Below, in pieces: positions 41,001-48,792 of a stretch of DNA of 64,000 nt. A program made the position numbers and the translations under genes. Source of the DNA: Sphingomonadaceae bacterium (GTDB lineage: Bacteria > Pseudomonadota > Alphaproteobacteria > Sphingomonadales > Sphingomonadaceae); NCBI GenBank assembly GCA_947476425.1, contig CANJQJ010000013.1, positions 384 to 64,383 on the forward strand, written 5' to 3'. How positions within the stretch are numbered: position 1 is the stretch's first letter; each line of letters starts with the position of its first letter. Below the pieces are notes generated by a model that ran no database searches, was not told the DNA's origin, and saw nothing but the letters and a program-made list of their open reading frames with translations.

Positions 41001-41322
41001 TGCGATCTTCGTCACGATCGAGGATGAGACCGGGATTACCAATATCGTGCTGTGGGCGCGGCTGTTCGAGATGTTCCGTCGCGAGGTGATGGCATCGCGC
41101 TTGATGCTCGTCGAAGGCCATGTCCAGCGCAGCCCTGAAGGCGTCGTCCATTTGATGGCAACGCGAGTCCATGATCGCACACAGGAACTGGCCCGGCTTT
41201 CCGACGCGCATGTGCCCGAGATCCAGCTATCCGGCGCCGATGAATTCGCCCATCCGCAATATCCGCGTGGCGGCCATCCGCGCGATGCGCGCATCCTGCC
41301 GAAATCACGCGATTTTCATTGA
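38044..41322 (+). CDS. dnaE2: error-prone DNA polymerase DnaE2 (Pol III alpha paralogue)
   Basis: ASNFSFLRGASHPADLV PHP-domain N-terminus, a DnaE catalytic core (GLMKVDVLALGMLT, FESRAQ) and an OB-fold C-terminus. 1092 aa. Third gene of the cassette. Confidence 0.92.
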   Translation: MNFAEPVAASNFSFLRGASHPADLVTQAIVLGLSGIGIADRNSVAGVVRAHAALRDARESLGEEIDFKLAVGARLVFADETPDIVAYPANRKGWANLCRLLTLGNRRAEKGECILGLEDLLGHAADLLLICIPAQAGIQSGAGGWTPAFAGALKEAAPGRVWLAATMHRKGPDSRRLAALRAQAQAAGVPLIATNDVLYHEPGQRPLQDILSCIREKKTIASAGRLLEANAERHIKAPAEMLRLFRGVPEAIVETTRLFARIDFSLDQLRYEYPHEPVPPGWTPQQWLEHLTWEGAAHRYPDGVPDRIAATVREEFALIAAQDYTRYFLTVYDIVRFAQSRGILNQGRGSAANSAVCYMLGITAVDPMHFDLLFSRFVSEERREPPDIDVDFEHERREEVIQYLYERYGRHRAGIAATVIRYRRRSAIRDVGKALGLSEDVTARLSSTVWGSWNAPIEDCMANENGFDPRNPMIQRLFDLGTQLLGFPRHLSQHVGGFVLTEGRLDEMVPIGNAAMEDRTFIEWDKDDIDSLGLMKVDVLALGMLTCIRKTFDLMREQRIAICSPGTTSSRDGYDLALVPQEDPAVYAMLQRGDSIGVFQVESRAQINMLPRLKPKTFYDLVIQVAIVRPGPIEGDMVHPYLRRRAGREKVEFPAPALEHGDPGELEMVLGRTLGVPLFQEQAMKLAIVAAKFTPSEANKLRRAMATFRNRGGIDNFRDKMVGGMVARGYAQDFAERCFKQIEGFGSYGFPESHAASFANLVYVSAWIKCHHPAVFACALLNSQPMGFYAPAQIIRDAREHGVVVRGIDVNASDWDNGLEPSPSLALRLGFRQISGFREEWADRIVAARPFADIETLARRAALPSRALRLLADADGFRSIGLDRRRALWEVRRIPDAELPLFAAAQASELGDEPDAGLPVMPLSEHIAADYQMTRLSLKGHPMELLRSIFRAEGVASCAETAAAKNGAAIRTAGVVLVRQRPGKGNAIFVTIEDETGITNIVLWARLFEMFRREVMASRLMLVEGHVQRSPEGVVHLMATRVHDRTQELARLSDAHVPEIQLSGADEFAHPQYPRGGHPRDARILPKSRDFH
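38438..38497. repeat. 60-bp palindromic REP-like element in frame inside dnaE2
   Basis: Left arm tcccggcgcaggccgggatccag and right arm ctggaccccggcattcgccgggg are inverted copies (about 18 of 22). Each arm holds its own GC hairpin. The CGGGATCCA core is shared with the intergenic repeats at 45.2 and 48.1 kb. Confidence 0.4.
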
Positions 41323-41335
41323 GGCGAAACTCTTC

Positions 41336-43297
41336 TCACTTTCGCGGCGCCAGCAGCTTGTCGAGCCATGCTTCGCCCAAACCTATTTTTTCAAGCCGCG
41401 GATAGCGCAGCCCGCCCGTGTACGGGATGCTCGCGGTTTGGAAACGATCGCCCTCCTTGAACAGCAGTTCGATCGGCTTGCCATTGGTCTGGGCGGCGCT
41501 GATCGCGGCCTTGAGCTTGTCGGCATCATATTCGATCCCGTTCACCGCTAGCAGCTTGGCGCCGACGGCGAGCCCCGCCTTGAACGCGGGACCATCCCAA
41601 AGGACGCTGGCCAGCGCATTCTCCCTGCTGTCGATCGAGAAGCCCAGCGAGTAAGTAAGATCGCTGACCTTACGCAGCGCTTCATTGCTTTTCCAATAGG
41701 CTGTCGGCTCCTTCGCATAGACCAGCCGATAGCCACCGCGTTCGAGCCAGCCCAGTGGTGCGTGCGGCTGGATCAGGTTGACATGTTCGTCGAGGAACCT
41801 GGCCCAGTCATACGGCACGACGCTGTTCAGCGTCGCAACGACATCTTCGAGACGGTAGGTCGCGGTTCCCCAGTCGCCATCCTTGCCGCCGAAGAAGGCG
41901 CGAGCGAAATCGTCGAGAGATTTCTTGCCGCCGGTGAGCGTACGGATCTGCATGTCGGCATCGAGCCAGGTCAGCAGGCCTTCGTTGTAATAATCCTCGT
42001 TGCGTTGCCAGCTCAACCAGGGTTGCGGGCGTCGGCCGGAGATGATCGGATCGTTGGTCGTGTCCGAAAGCGGGCGCCATTGCCTGCCGGGAATCGTGTC
42101 ATAGCTTGCCGCAATGCTCGCATAAGCGGCGAGTGTGTCGTCCTTCGAGACCAGCCCCGAACGCGCTTGCAATACATAGCCCCAATATTGCGTCTGGCCT
42201 TCATAAACCCAGAGCAGCGAGTTGCGCATCGGCACGTTGTAATCGGGCGTATAGAGATCCTCGCCGCGGCGATATTTGCCATTCCAGCTGTGCGTGAATT
42301 CATGCGGCAGCAGATTGCGCCGGCCGGGTTGATCGCTCCACTTGGTGAAATAGCCTGTCTTGACGCCGTTCTCGCTGGAACGGTGATGTTCGAGACCAAT
42401 CCCACCCATTCTGTCGCTGATCGCGAGCAGGAAGTCATAATGGTCAAAGTGCTGCGCGCCGAACAGCTTGTCGGCCTGGACGACGAGTTGGCGATGCCTG
42501 CCTATCTGCTCGGGGGTGGCAGCGAGTTCGGCGGCATTATCGGCGACGATGTCGAGCGCAACACGCGGCGTAAGCTGTTCGCGCCGGAAATAGCGCCCAG
42601 CGAATATCGGGCTGTCGATCAGCGTCTCCAGCGAGACCGTGTCGAATTGGGCATGCCCACCGCCGGTTGTGCCGGACGAACGAAGCGCGGTGCCGTAGTT
42701 CCATTCCGCTGGCAGGGTGACCGCCGCTACTATCGGAATTCTGCGCACATGAAAGCCGGCTGGATAGAGCGTGAGCAGGTTCCATTGGATGTTGAGCATG
42801 TCCGGGGTCATAACCACCCGGCCCTGATCGACATCGGTTGGTGAAACATATTCGAACTCGGCCGTTAACTCGGTCGTGCCCGCCGGCAAGTCGAGATGGA
42901 AAGCCTGCGTCGCCACCGGGTCTCGCGTCCACGCGACCGATTGCCCACCCGCCGTGAAGCGCAGCCCGACAAGATCGTCGACAGGCCCGCTCGGGGCATG
43001 ATGGCCGGGGATCCAGCGTGGATAAAGCAGGATAAGCTGCGTGGTGCCGGCGGCGATCGGGATCGTTTCCCTCACGCGGAATATGCGGCGGGCGACGTCA
43101 GTCGCATCGACCGACAGCCGGATCGTGCCGGGATAATCGACATCCTGCGGCACCGGCAACGGCGGCGGGAGCGGTGCCGAGGTCCCGAGCGTCAAAGGCG
43201 GCTCCACATGCGCGATCGCGATCGGTGCAACGGCGGCCAGGCAAAATGCAGCACGTGTCAGCAGCAGGTTGGAAAACGAAAATCTGACTGGCTTCAT
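41336..43297 (-). CDS. M61-family metallopeptidase (glycyl aminopeptidase-like) with C-terminal PDZ domain, secreted
   Basis: HEFTHSWNGK zinc motif, GLEHHRSSEN motif and a signal peptide (MKPVRFSFSNLLLTRAAFCLAAVAPIAIA). PDZ-like C-terminus (GLAVGAKLLAVNG). Confidence 0.85.
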   Translation of the reverse strand: MKPVRFSFSNLLLTRAAFCLAAVAPIAIAHVEPPLTLGTSAPLPPPLPVPQDVDYPGTIRLSVDATDVARRIFRVRETIPIAAGTTQLILLYPRWIPGHHAPSGPVDDLVGLRFTAGGQSVAWTRDPVATQAFHLDLPAGTTELTAEFEYVSPTDVDQGRVVMTPDMLNIQWNLLTLYPAGFHVRRIPIVAAVTLPAEWNYGTALRSSGTTGGGHAQFDTVSLETLIDSPIFAGRYFRREQLTPRVALDIVADNAAELAATPEQIGRHRQLVVQADKLFGAQHFDHYDFLLAISDRMGGIGLEHHRSSENGVKTGYFTKWSDQPGRRNLLPHEFTHSWNGKYRRGEDLYTPDYNVPMRNSLLWVYEGQTQYWGYVLQARSGLVSKDDTLAAYASIAASYDTIPGRQWRPLSDTTNDPIISGRRPQPWLSWQRNEDYYNEGLLTWLDADMQIRTLTGGKKSLDDFARAFFGGKDGDWGTATYRLEDVVATLNSVVPYDWARFLDEHVNLIQPHAPLGWLERGGYRLVYAKEPTAYWKSNEALRKVSDLTYSLGFSIDSRENALASVLWDGPAFKAGLAVGAKLLAVNGIEYDADKLKAAISAAQTNGKPIELLFKEGDRFQTASIPYTGGLRYPRLEKIGLGEAWLDKLLAPRK

Positions 43298-43575
43298 CTG
43301 GTCTTCCTGTGCGCGCCGTCGAGCCGGATTGCCTGCATGGGCGGGCATGGAAACGAAACCGGCTACGATATCGGTATTTACCCGGAAGCCTTGAAGTCGC
43401 GAAACCCCTCTTTCGCATCGCCGCGCCGGAATCGATACGTCCGACATAAAAATTTGCATCGCCCGGTACGGATTCTTCGATCTCGTGCCTCTAGGCATAT
43501 GAGAGGGAGCGGGGAAGCGATCTCCAACCGGTCCATCTCAAACCGCGAGATGCATGTCTCGGGGATAGCCAAGCA

Positions 43576-43606
43576 GGGGCCGGCGCCCTCCCTTAGCGCC
43601 GGCCCC
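43576..43606 (-). terminator. 11-bp GC hairpin downstream of the POT transporter gene
   Basis: ggggccggcgc-cctccctta-gcgccggcccc lies about 65 nt past the stop at 43669. There is no clear U-tract. Confidence 0.35.
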
Positions 43607-43668
43607 AATTGCCTGGGTGCCATGGCCATGCCCTGCCATATTGGGCTTTCTTCTCATCGGCGGCCGAT

Positions 43669-45051
43669 TCAGGTCGTCGGGGCCAGTTCATGCCGAAACA
43701 AGCCGCGAAATAGAAAAAGCGCCGCAGCGCTCGCCATCGCCAGCGCCGCATGAAGAAACCAGAAATTCGTCGCGGACATTCGGCTGAGAAAGCCGCCAAT
43801 CCAGCCAGTCAAATTGTTCGCCGCGAACAGGTGGAGATAATAGATCCCGATAATCGTTGCCGACAGCTTGGCCGGCGCGGCGCGGGCATAAAGCGCAAGC
43901 CCGACCGGGAGCAAATTTGCGAAGGCGATGCTGTTGATCGTGTGGAAGGCGATTGCCCATAAGAGGCTGATCTTGCCTCCCGTCGCCGCGGCCTGTGCTG
44001 CGGCCCCGGCAAGCACCAACATTCCGATCACGCCGACCGATGCGCCGATGGCCATTTTCGTGATTTCGTCAGGCTCGTCGAATCGACGCGAATACAGCCG
44101 CCAGAAAATCACCATCCCTGCCAGAAATCCTACTGAAACCACCGCATCGAGCGTGATCAGCCAGGTCGTCGGCAGGCGCATATCGAACAGCATGAAATCA
44201 TAATTGGCCTGTCCCCACACGAGATAGGCGTTGAAGATTTGCTGATTGGGCAACACTGCCACGGCGAGCGCTGGCAACAAGGCGAGCAATATGGCGATGC
44301 GTCGCCGTTCCTGCCGCGACATCGCAGCTCGCGTGGACCGGGCGGCCCCGCTTTCAGGGCGATCCTGCGGCAAATAGCGTCTGCCGGCGGTGTAGATCGC
44401 CAAACCCGCAAGCATACCGATAGCAGCCGCTCCGAAGCCATAATGCCAGCCATAGACTTCGCCGAGCGTGCCGCAGATCAGGGGCGACAGGATCACGCCG
44501 GCATTGATCGCGAGAAAAAATATCTGGAATGCATCCGCCCGACGCAAATCTCCCGGTGCGTAAAGCCCGCCGACCTGGCTTGCGATATTGCCCTTGAAGC
44601 AGCCGGTGCCCGCCGCGAGGCAGGCGAGCGCAAGCAGGAACGAAATATCGAACGCCATGAGCAAATGCCCTGCCGCCATCAGGCCGCCGCCAAGCATGAT
44701 CGTGCGAGTCCGGCCGAGCAGTCGATCCGCCAATGCGCCGCCCGCGATCGGCGTCAAATAGACGAGCCCGGTATAGAGTCCGAAAATTGCCGAAGCGAGC
44801 GCCTGCGTCGAAAGCGGCCCATAGACTCGCTCGAGCCCTGCATGAAACGCAGCGAAACCCGCGACATGCTCGACATGCCCCGGCAGCAACAGCTGGCTCA
44901 CCATGTAGAGCACGAGCAGCGTCTGCATTCCGTAATAGGAAAATCGTTCCCACGCCTCGGTAAAGGCAAGAAACCAGAGCCCTCGCGGATGACCGAAAAG
45001 ATGCCTTTCCTCAAATGCGCTTGCGGTGAGGAGGGCATCGGGACTGGTCAT
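43669..45051 (-). CDS. proton-dependent oligopeptide transporter (POT/PTR2 family, DtpT-like)
   Basis: FTEAWERFSYYGMQTLLVLYM (ExxERFxYYG signature) and MFS topology. The start is taken at MTSPDAL. Confidence 0.87.
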   Translation of the reverse strand: MTSPDALLTASAFEERHLFGHPRGLWFLAFTEAWERFSYYGMQTLLVLYMVSQLLLPGHVEHVAGFAAFHAGLERVYGPLSTQALASAIFGLYTGLVYLTPIAGGALADRLLGRTRTIMLGGGLMAAGHLLMAFDISFLLALACLAAGTGCFKGNIASQVGGLYAPGDLRRADAFQIFFLAINAGVILSPLICGTLGEVYGWHYGFGAAAIGMLAGLAIYTAGRRYLPQDRPESGAARSTRAAMSRQERRRIAILLALLPALAVAVLPNQQIFNAYLVWGQANYDFMLFDMRLPTTWLITLDAVVSVGFLAGMVIFWRLYSRRFDEPDEITKMAIGASVGVIGMLVLAGAAAQAAATGGKISLLWAIAFHTINSIAFANLLPVGLALYARAAPAKLSATIIGIYYLHLFAANNLTGWIGGFLSRMSATNFWFLHAALAMASAAALFLFRGLFRHELAPTT

Positions 45052-45204
45052 CGGAAGGCACTCCACGGCAAGGCCTGAATACACCCCGGCACGTACCGGG
45101 ATCTCACGTTCCTCCAATTCGCATGAAAAAAGCAACGATCCCGCTTTTCGATACCGCAGGACAGGCCCTGGGGGGGGAGGGGCGCAACATCAAGCTCGTT
45201 GCCG

Positions 45205-45298
45205 GTTATCCTGACGAAAGTCGGGATCCATGAGACCCGCGGGTTTCGCGACGAAACACCACAGCAACATGGATCCCGGGCAACCCCCTGGATGACGT
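45205..45298. repeat. REP/MITE-like palindromic element, copy A
   Basis: gttatcctgacgaaagtcgggatccatg ... catggatcccgggcaaccccctggatgacg. The ends are inverted repeats. The left end carries a CTGAC-GAAA-GTCGG hairpin with a GNRA loop. Intergenic, between the POT start and the HU stop. Confidence 0.55.
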
Positions 45299-45311
45299 TT
45301 GAATCAGGCCT

Positions 45312-45587
45312 CTAGTCGTTCATCCGATCCTTCAGCGCCTTGGCTGCGGAGAAACGCAGCTTCTTCGAAGCGGCGATGCACATTTTCGAGCCCGTGCGAG
45401 GATTGCGGCCTTCGCGTGCCGTGCGTTGCGAAAGCTTGAACTTGCCAAATCCGGGCAAGGATACTTCATCTCCCTGCTTGACGGAGTCCGCGATGGTCTT
45501 GAGCAGATCGTCGATGATCGCCCGAACCTTGCTGCGGTTCAGATCATGCGAATTGGCGATACGATTTGCTATTTCGGCACTGTTCAT
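45312..45587 (-). CDS. HU-family nucleoid-associated DNA-binding protein
   Basis: MNSAEIANRIA...VSLPGFGKFKLSQRTAREGRNPRTG, a 91-aa canonical HU/IHF fold signature. Confidence 0.88.
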   Translation of the reverse strand: MNSAEIANRIANSHDLNRSKVRAIIDDLLKTIADSVKQGDEVSLPGFGKFKLSQRTAREGRNPRTGSKMCIAASKKLRFSAAKALKDRMND

Positions 45588-45636
45588 ATTCTTGTTTCCT
45601 TTCCCGTACTTGCTTGCTTGATTGAAATTATGGGCT

Positions 45637-46557
45637 TCATTCATCACCATAGATCGCCACCACAGGCACAACGCCGGCGCGGCTTACCCCGCGAAACATC
45701 CCCGGAGTGTTGAATGACCATGCCGCACTGCCATCGGCGCCCACCACGATTACGCCACCATCACCACCGAGCGCCTTGGTCTCGGCCTGCACCGCATCTG
45801 CCGCTCTCCCGACGGGTTCCTTCAGGAACCGCACTCGCGCGCAGATTTCATGGGCGACCCCGATGCGGATGTAGAACTCGCCCGATCCAGTCGCCGAGAC
45901 CGCGCAGCATCGATCATCGGCATAGGTACCAGCCCCAATCAGCGGCGAATCCCCAACCCGTCCGAAGCGCTTGCCGGTCAGCCCCCCTGTCGATGTCCCG
46001 GCGGCAAGCCGGCCCTGCGAGTCACACGCGACCGCGCCGACCGTGCCGAACTTCACGTCCCCATCGAACGGCGCCCCACGGTCACGGGCCTGCATCGCCC
46101 GCAGCTGTTCGGTTCGTTCTTTCGTGTGAAACCATTCAGGATCGACCTGTTCGAGCTCCTGTGCCCTCGAAAAGCTGTCGGCCCCCGGCCCTATCAGGAT
46201 CACATGCGGACTATGTTCCATCACGGCGCGGGCAAGACTCACTGGATTGCGCGTGCGCGTGACGCTTGCCACGGCGCCAGCGCGCCGCGTCGTCCCCTCC
46301 ATGATCGCTGCGTCGAGTTCGATCGTTCCATGTTCGGTCAACACCGCGCCGCGGCCGGCATTGAAATGTGGATCATCCTCGAGCAGGCGGACCGCCGCCT
46401 CGACTGCGTCAAGCGAGCAGCCGCCGCCGTCGAGGATTGCACTTCCCGCGGCGAGCGCATCGTTCATGGCCTGGCGAACCGCCACGTCCCTTTCGATCGG
46501 CATCGTCGAGCGTTCCATTCTTCCCGCCCCGCCATGGATGATCAGCGTCCAGGTCAT
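45637..46557 (-). CDS. isoaspartyl peptidase / L-asparaginase (plant-type Ntn hydrolase)
   Basis: IIHGGAG N-terminus, HFNAGRGAVL motif and the autoprocessing site GTVGAVA. Confidence 0.87.
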   Translation of the reverse strand: MTWTLIIHGGAGRMERSTMPIERDVAVRQAMNDALAAGSAILDGGGCSLDAVEAAVRLLEDDPHFNAGRGAVLTEHGTIELDAAIMEGTTRRAGAVASVTRTRNPVSLARAVMEHSPHVILIGPGADSFSRAQELEQVDPEWFHTKERTEQLRAMQARDRGAPFDGDVKFGTVGAVACDSQGRLAAGTSTGGLTGKRFGRVGDSPLIGAGTYADDRCCAVSATGSGEFYIRIGVAHEICARVRFLKEPVGRAADAVQAETKALGGDGGVIVVGADGSAAWSFNTPGMFRGVSRAGVVPVVAIYGDE

Positions 46558-47774
46558 AACGGCCTCGGCGTTACGTCGAATCCACGAGCCCGCAGTGCCG
46601 CGACGACGGCCTCGCCATGCGCACGGTCCTCGACCTCGATTACGGCTTCGAGCACCGCTCGCTTGGCATTGAGCGAGAGCGAAAGCCGATCATGCGCGAC
46701 ATCGACGATGTTTGCGCCTTCGTCCGCAAGCGCGGTTGCGAGCAGCGAGAGCGCGCCCGGCTGGTCCGAAATCGGCACGTCGAGACGCAGCAACTGGCCA
46801 TTGCGAACCAACTCGCGCATTGCCACCGAAGAAAGCACGCGCAAATCGATATTGCCGCCGGTAAGCAAGGTCGCAACCCGCAATCCCGCGAACTGGCCGG
46901 GATATTCGAGTATCGCCGCGAGCCCGACAGCGCCGGCGCCCTCGACGACCGTCTTCTCGACGGACAATAGCAACGCAACCCCCCGCTCGATCGATTCCTC
47001 GTCGACCAGCAAGATCTCATCGACCAGCGCACGCACGACATCGCGGGTAATTTCGCCCGCAGTCTTGACCGCAATGCCCTCCGCAATCGTCACTGCGTCC
47101 GGGTTCAGGCATTTTTCCCCGTTGAGCGCCTTCACCATCGACGGATAAGCGCGCGACTGGACACCCACGATCGCGATGCCCGGCTTTATGGCCTTTGCCG
47201 CGATCGCTATTCCGGAAATCAATCCGCCGCCGCCGATCGGCACGATGATCACATCGAGATCGGGCACCGCATCGAGAATCTCGAGCCCCAGCGTCCCCTG
47301 CCCGGCGATGATATCGTGATCGTCAAAGGGATGGACGAAAGTCAGCCCGAACAGCTGTGACTGTCGCTCGGCCACCCCCATCGCCTCGGCCAGGTTGCTG
47401 CCCTCGACTATCACCGTCGCCCCGAAATCCCTTGTTCGGCTGATCTTGGTCGCCGGCGTGCCCTTGGGCATCACGATCGTCGCCGCGATGCCGAGCCTAC
47501 GCGCGTGATAGGCGACGCCCTGGGCATGATTGCCGGCTGACATCGCGCACACACCGGCCGCCCGTTCCTTGGGCCAGAGCGACAGCAGCTTGTTGAGCGC
47601 CCCGCGCTCCTTGAACGACGCCGTGAACTGCAAATTCTCGAACTTGAGGTAAAGCATGCAGCCAGTCAGTCGCGACAATGTCTCGCTCGCGACGCAGGGT
47701 GTTCGCATAACCGCGCCGGCAATCCGCTCCGCAGCCGCGCGGATATCATCGATTGACGGTGCAGTGCCGATCAC
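46554..47774 (-). CDS. threonine ammonia-lyase (threonine dehydratase), short form with one ACT-like regulatory domain
   Basis: PLP-lysine motif FTASFKERGALN and a GGGGLISG loop, with a C-terminal ACT-like domain. GTG start. The stop overlaps the downstream gene's start. Confidence 0.85.
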   Translation of the reverse strand: MIGTAPSIDDIRAAAERIAGAVMRTPCVASETLSRLTGCMLYLKFENLQFTASFKERGALNKLLSLWPKERAAGVCAMSAGNHAQGVAYHARRLGIAATIVMPKGTPATKISRTRDFGATVIVEGSNLAEAMGVAERQSQLFGLTFVHPFDDHDIIAGQGTLGLEILDAVPDLDVIIVPIGGGGLISGIAIAAKAIKPGIAIVGVQSRAYPSMVKALNGEKCLNPDAVTIAEGIAVKTAGEITRDVVRALVDEILLVDEESIERGVALLLSVEKTVVEGAGAVGLAAILEYPGQFAGLRVATLLTGGNIDLRVLSSVAMRELVRNGQLLRLDVPISDQPGALSLLATALADEGANIVDVAHDRLSLSLNAKRAVLEAVIEVEDRAHGEAVVAALRARGFDVTPRPL

Positions 47775-48123
47775 TTCTCCTCAACCTCCAGTTCATTGGC
47801 CAACAACGCTGCCAACGCACCCCACCGTCCTGCAACCGATTGCAGGACCGAAACGTCCATTGTCTGTTGCTAGATGCACGGGAGACGAGAATCCGTACGC
47901 AATTCGTCGTTCTGGGAACGATTTAATCGCGACGATTTATTTGTTGCTCTTCAGGTGCGGAATTGCTCGCGCCATGCATCTAGGGAATGAAGCCGGTAGA
48001 CTCGTGATCCTCCCCTCTGCCGCTTCTTCCACCCCTGATCCGGTGGTGGTAGCCATACTTGGGCCGATGCATGTCACCGGAAGCGGTGCGTGCATCGGTC
48101 GTTTTTCCAGGAACTCCCTCACC

Positions 48124-48217
48124 GTCATCCCGACGAAAGTCGGGATCCATGGGATCCACAGGTCTCGCGATCGCGCGACCAACGCAACGTGGGTACGGCC
48201 TCCGCCGGGACGATGAC
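48124..48217. repeat. REP/MITE-like palindromic element, copy B
   Basis: gtcatcccgacgaaagtcgggatccatgggatcc ... tcc-gccgggacgatgac. It has the same left arm as copy A (CCCGAC-GAAA-GTCGGG perfect hairpin with a GNRA loop) and GTCATC-type inverted termini. It generates spurious ORFs such as ..VIPTKVGIHG.. Confidence 0.55.
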
Positions 48218-48237
48218 GCAGTCAGTCTGGAATCAAT

Positions 48238-48777
48238 CTAACGTGTACGCCCGCCTGCGCCTGGATAATCGGCGAGATCCGCGGGCGTGTTAAAATTATG
48301 GAGCGGCAAATCGAGCGCCACGGCGCGGGCGCCCGAGAACGTGATCCAGCTTCGAATCGATCGATCGTCGCTCTCGCGCAGCCTTTGCTCCAGCGTTGCG
48401 CCGAGCGATGCCGGCCAGAGCGCAAACAACGGCTGTCCTGCAATATAGGCGGGGGCAGTGCCAAGTCGGCGGCACAGGTCGAAGGGTATCGGAAGAACGT
48501 CGCAGCCGGCAGTAAGCACAGCGTCATGGCCGGTCGCGTTGGCATGCAGGAGTGCGCCACACAGGCCGCCCAGGGGGCCGAGATCGGCGGCGGGGCGATC
48601 CGCCACTGTCTCAAGTCCCGGCCAAATTCGACCGCAGACAACCAGCGTGTCGACCTGCGCCGCCAATGCCTCCGCCACGTGCGCGAGCAAAGGCTTGCCG
48701 TCGAGAATCGCCAGAGCCTTGTCGCTCCCGAACCGTGTGGAACCGCCGCCCGCCAATATCGCGCCGAGTATCTTCAT
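48238..48777 (-). CDS. mobA: molybdenum cofactor guanylyltransferase
   Basis: MKILGAILAGGGSTRFGSDKAL... and GPLGG motifs typical of MobA. 179 aa. Confidence 0.8.
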   Translation of the reverse strand: MKILGAILAGGGSTRFGSDKALAILDGKPLLAHVAEALAAQVDTLVVCGRIWPGLETVADRPAADLGPLGGLCGALLHANATGHDAVLTAGCDVLPIPFDLCRRLGTAPAYIAGQPLFALWPASLGATLEQRLRESDDRSIRSWITFSGARAVALDLPLHNFNTPADLADYPGAGGRTR

Positions 48778-48792
48778 GTCAGCGTCTTGGGC

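Noticed and set aside
41762-42844. 360-aa ORF antisense to the M61 peptidase
   Set aside because: It is a shadow ORF. The minus-strand gene carries HEFTH and PDZ signatures.
45850-47148. 432-aa plus-strand ORF across the asparaginase and threonine dehydratase genes
   Set aside because: It is antisense to two motif-supported genes and has Ser/Arg/Pro-rich junk composition.
47937-48293. Small ORFs (81, 60 and 67 aa) over repeat copy B, e.g. ..IPTFVGMT.. and ..SSRRKSGSMG..
   Set aside because: They are generated by translating the palindromic repeat on both strands. They have no RBS and no family.
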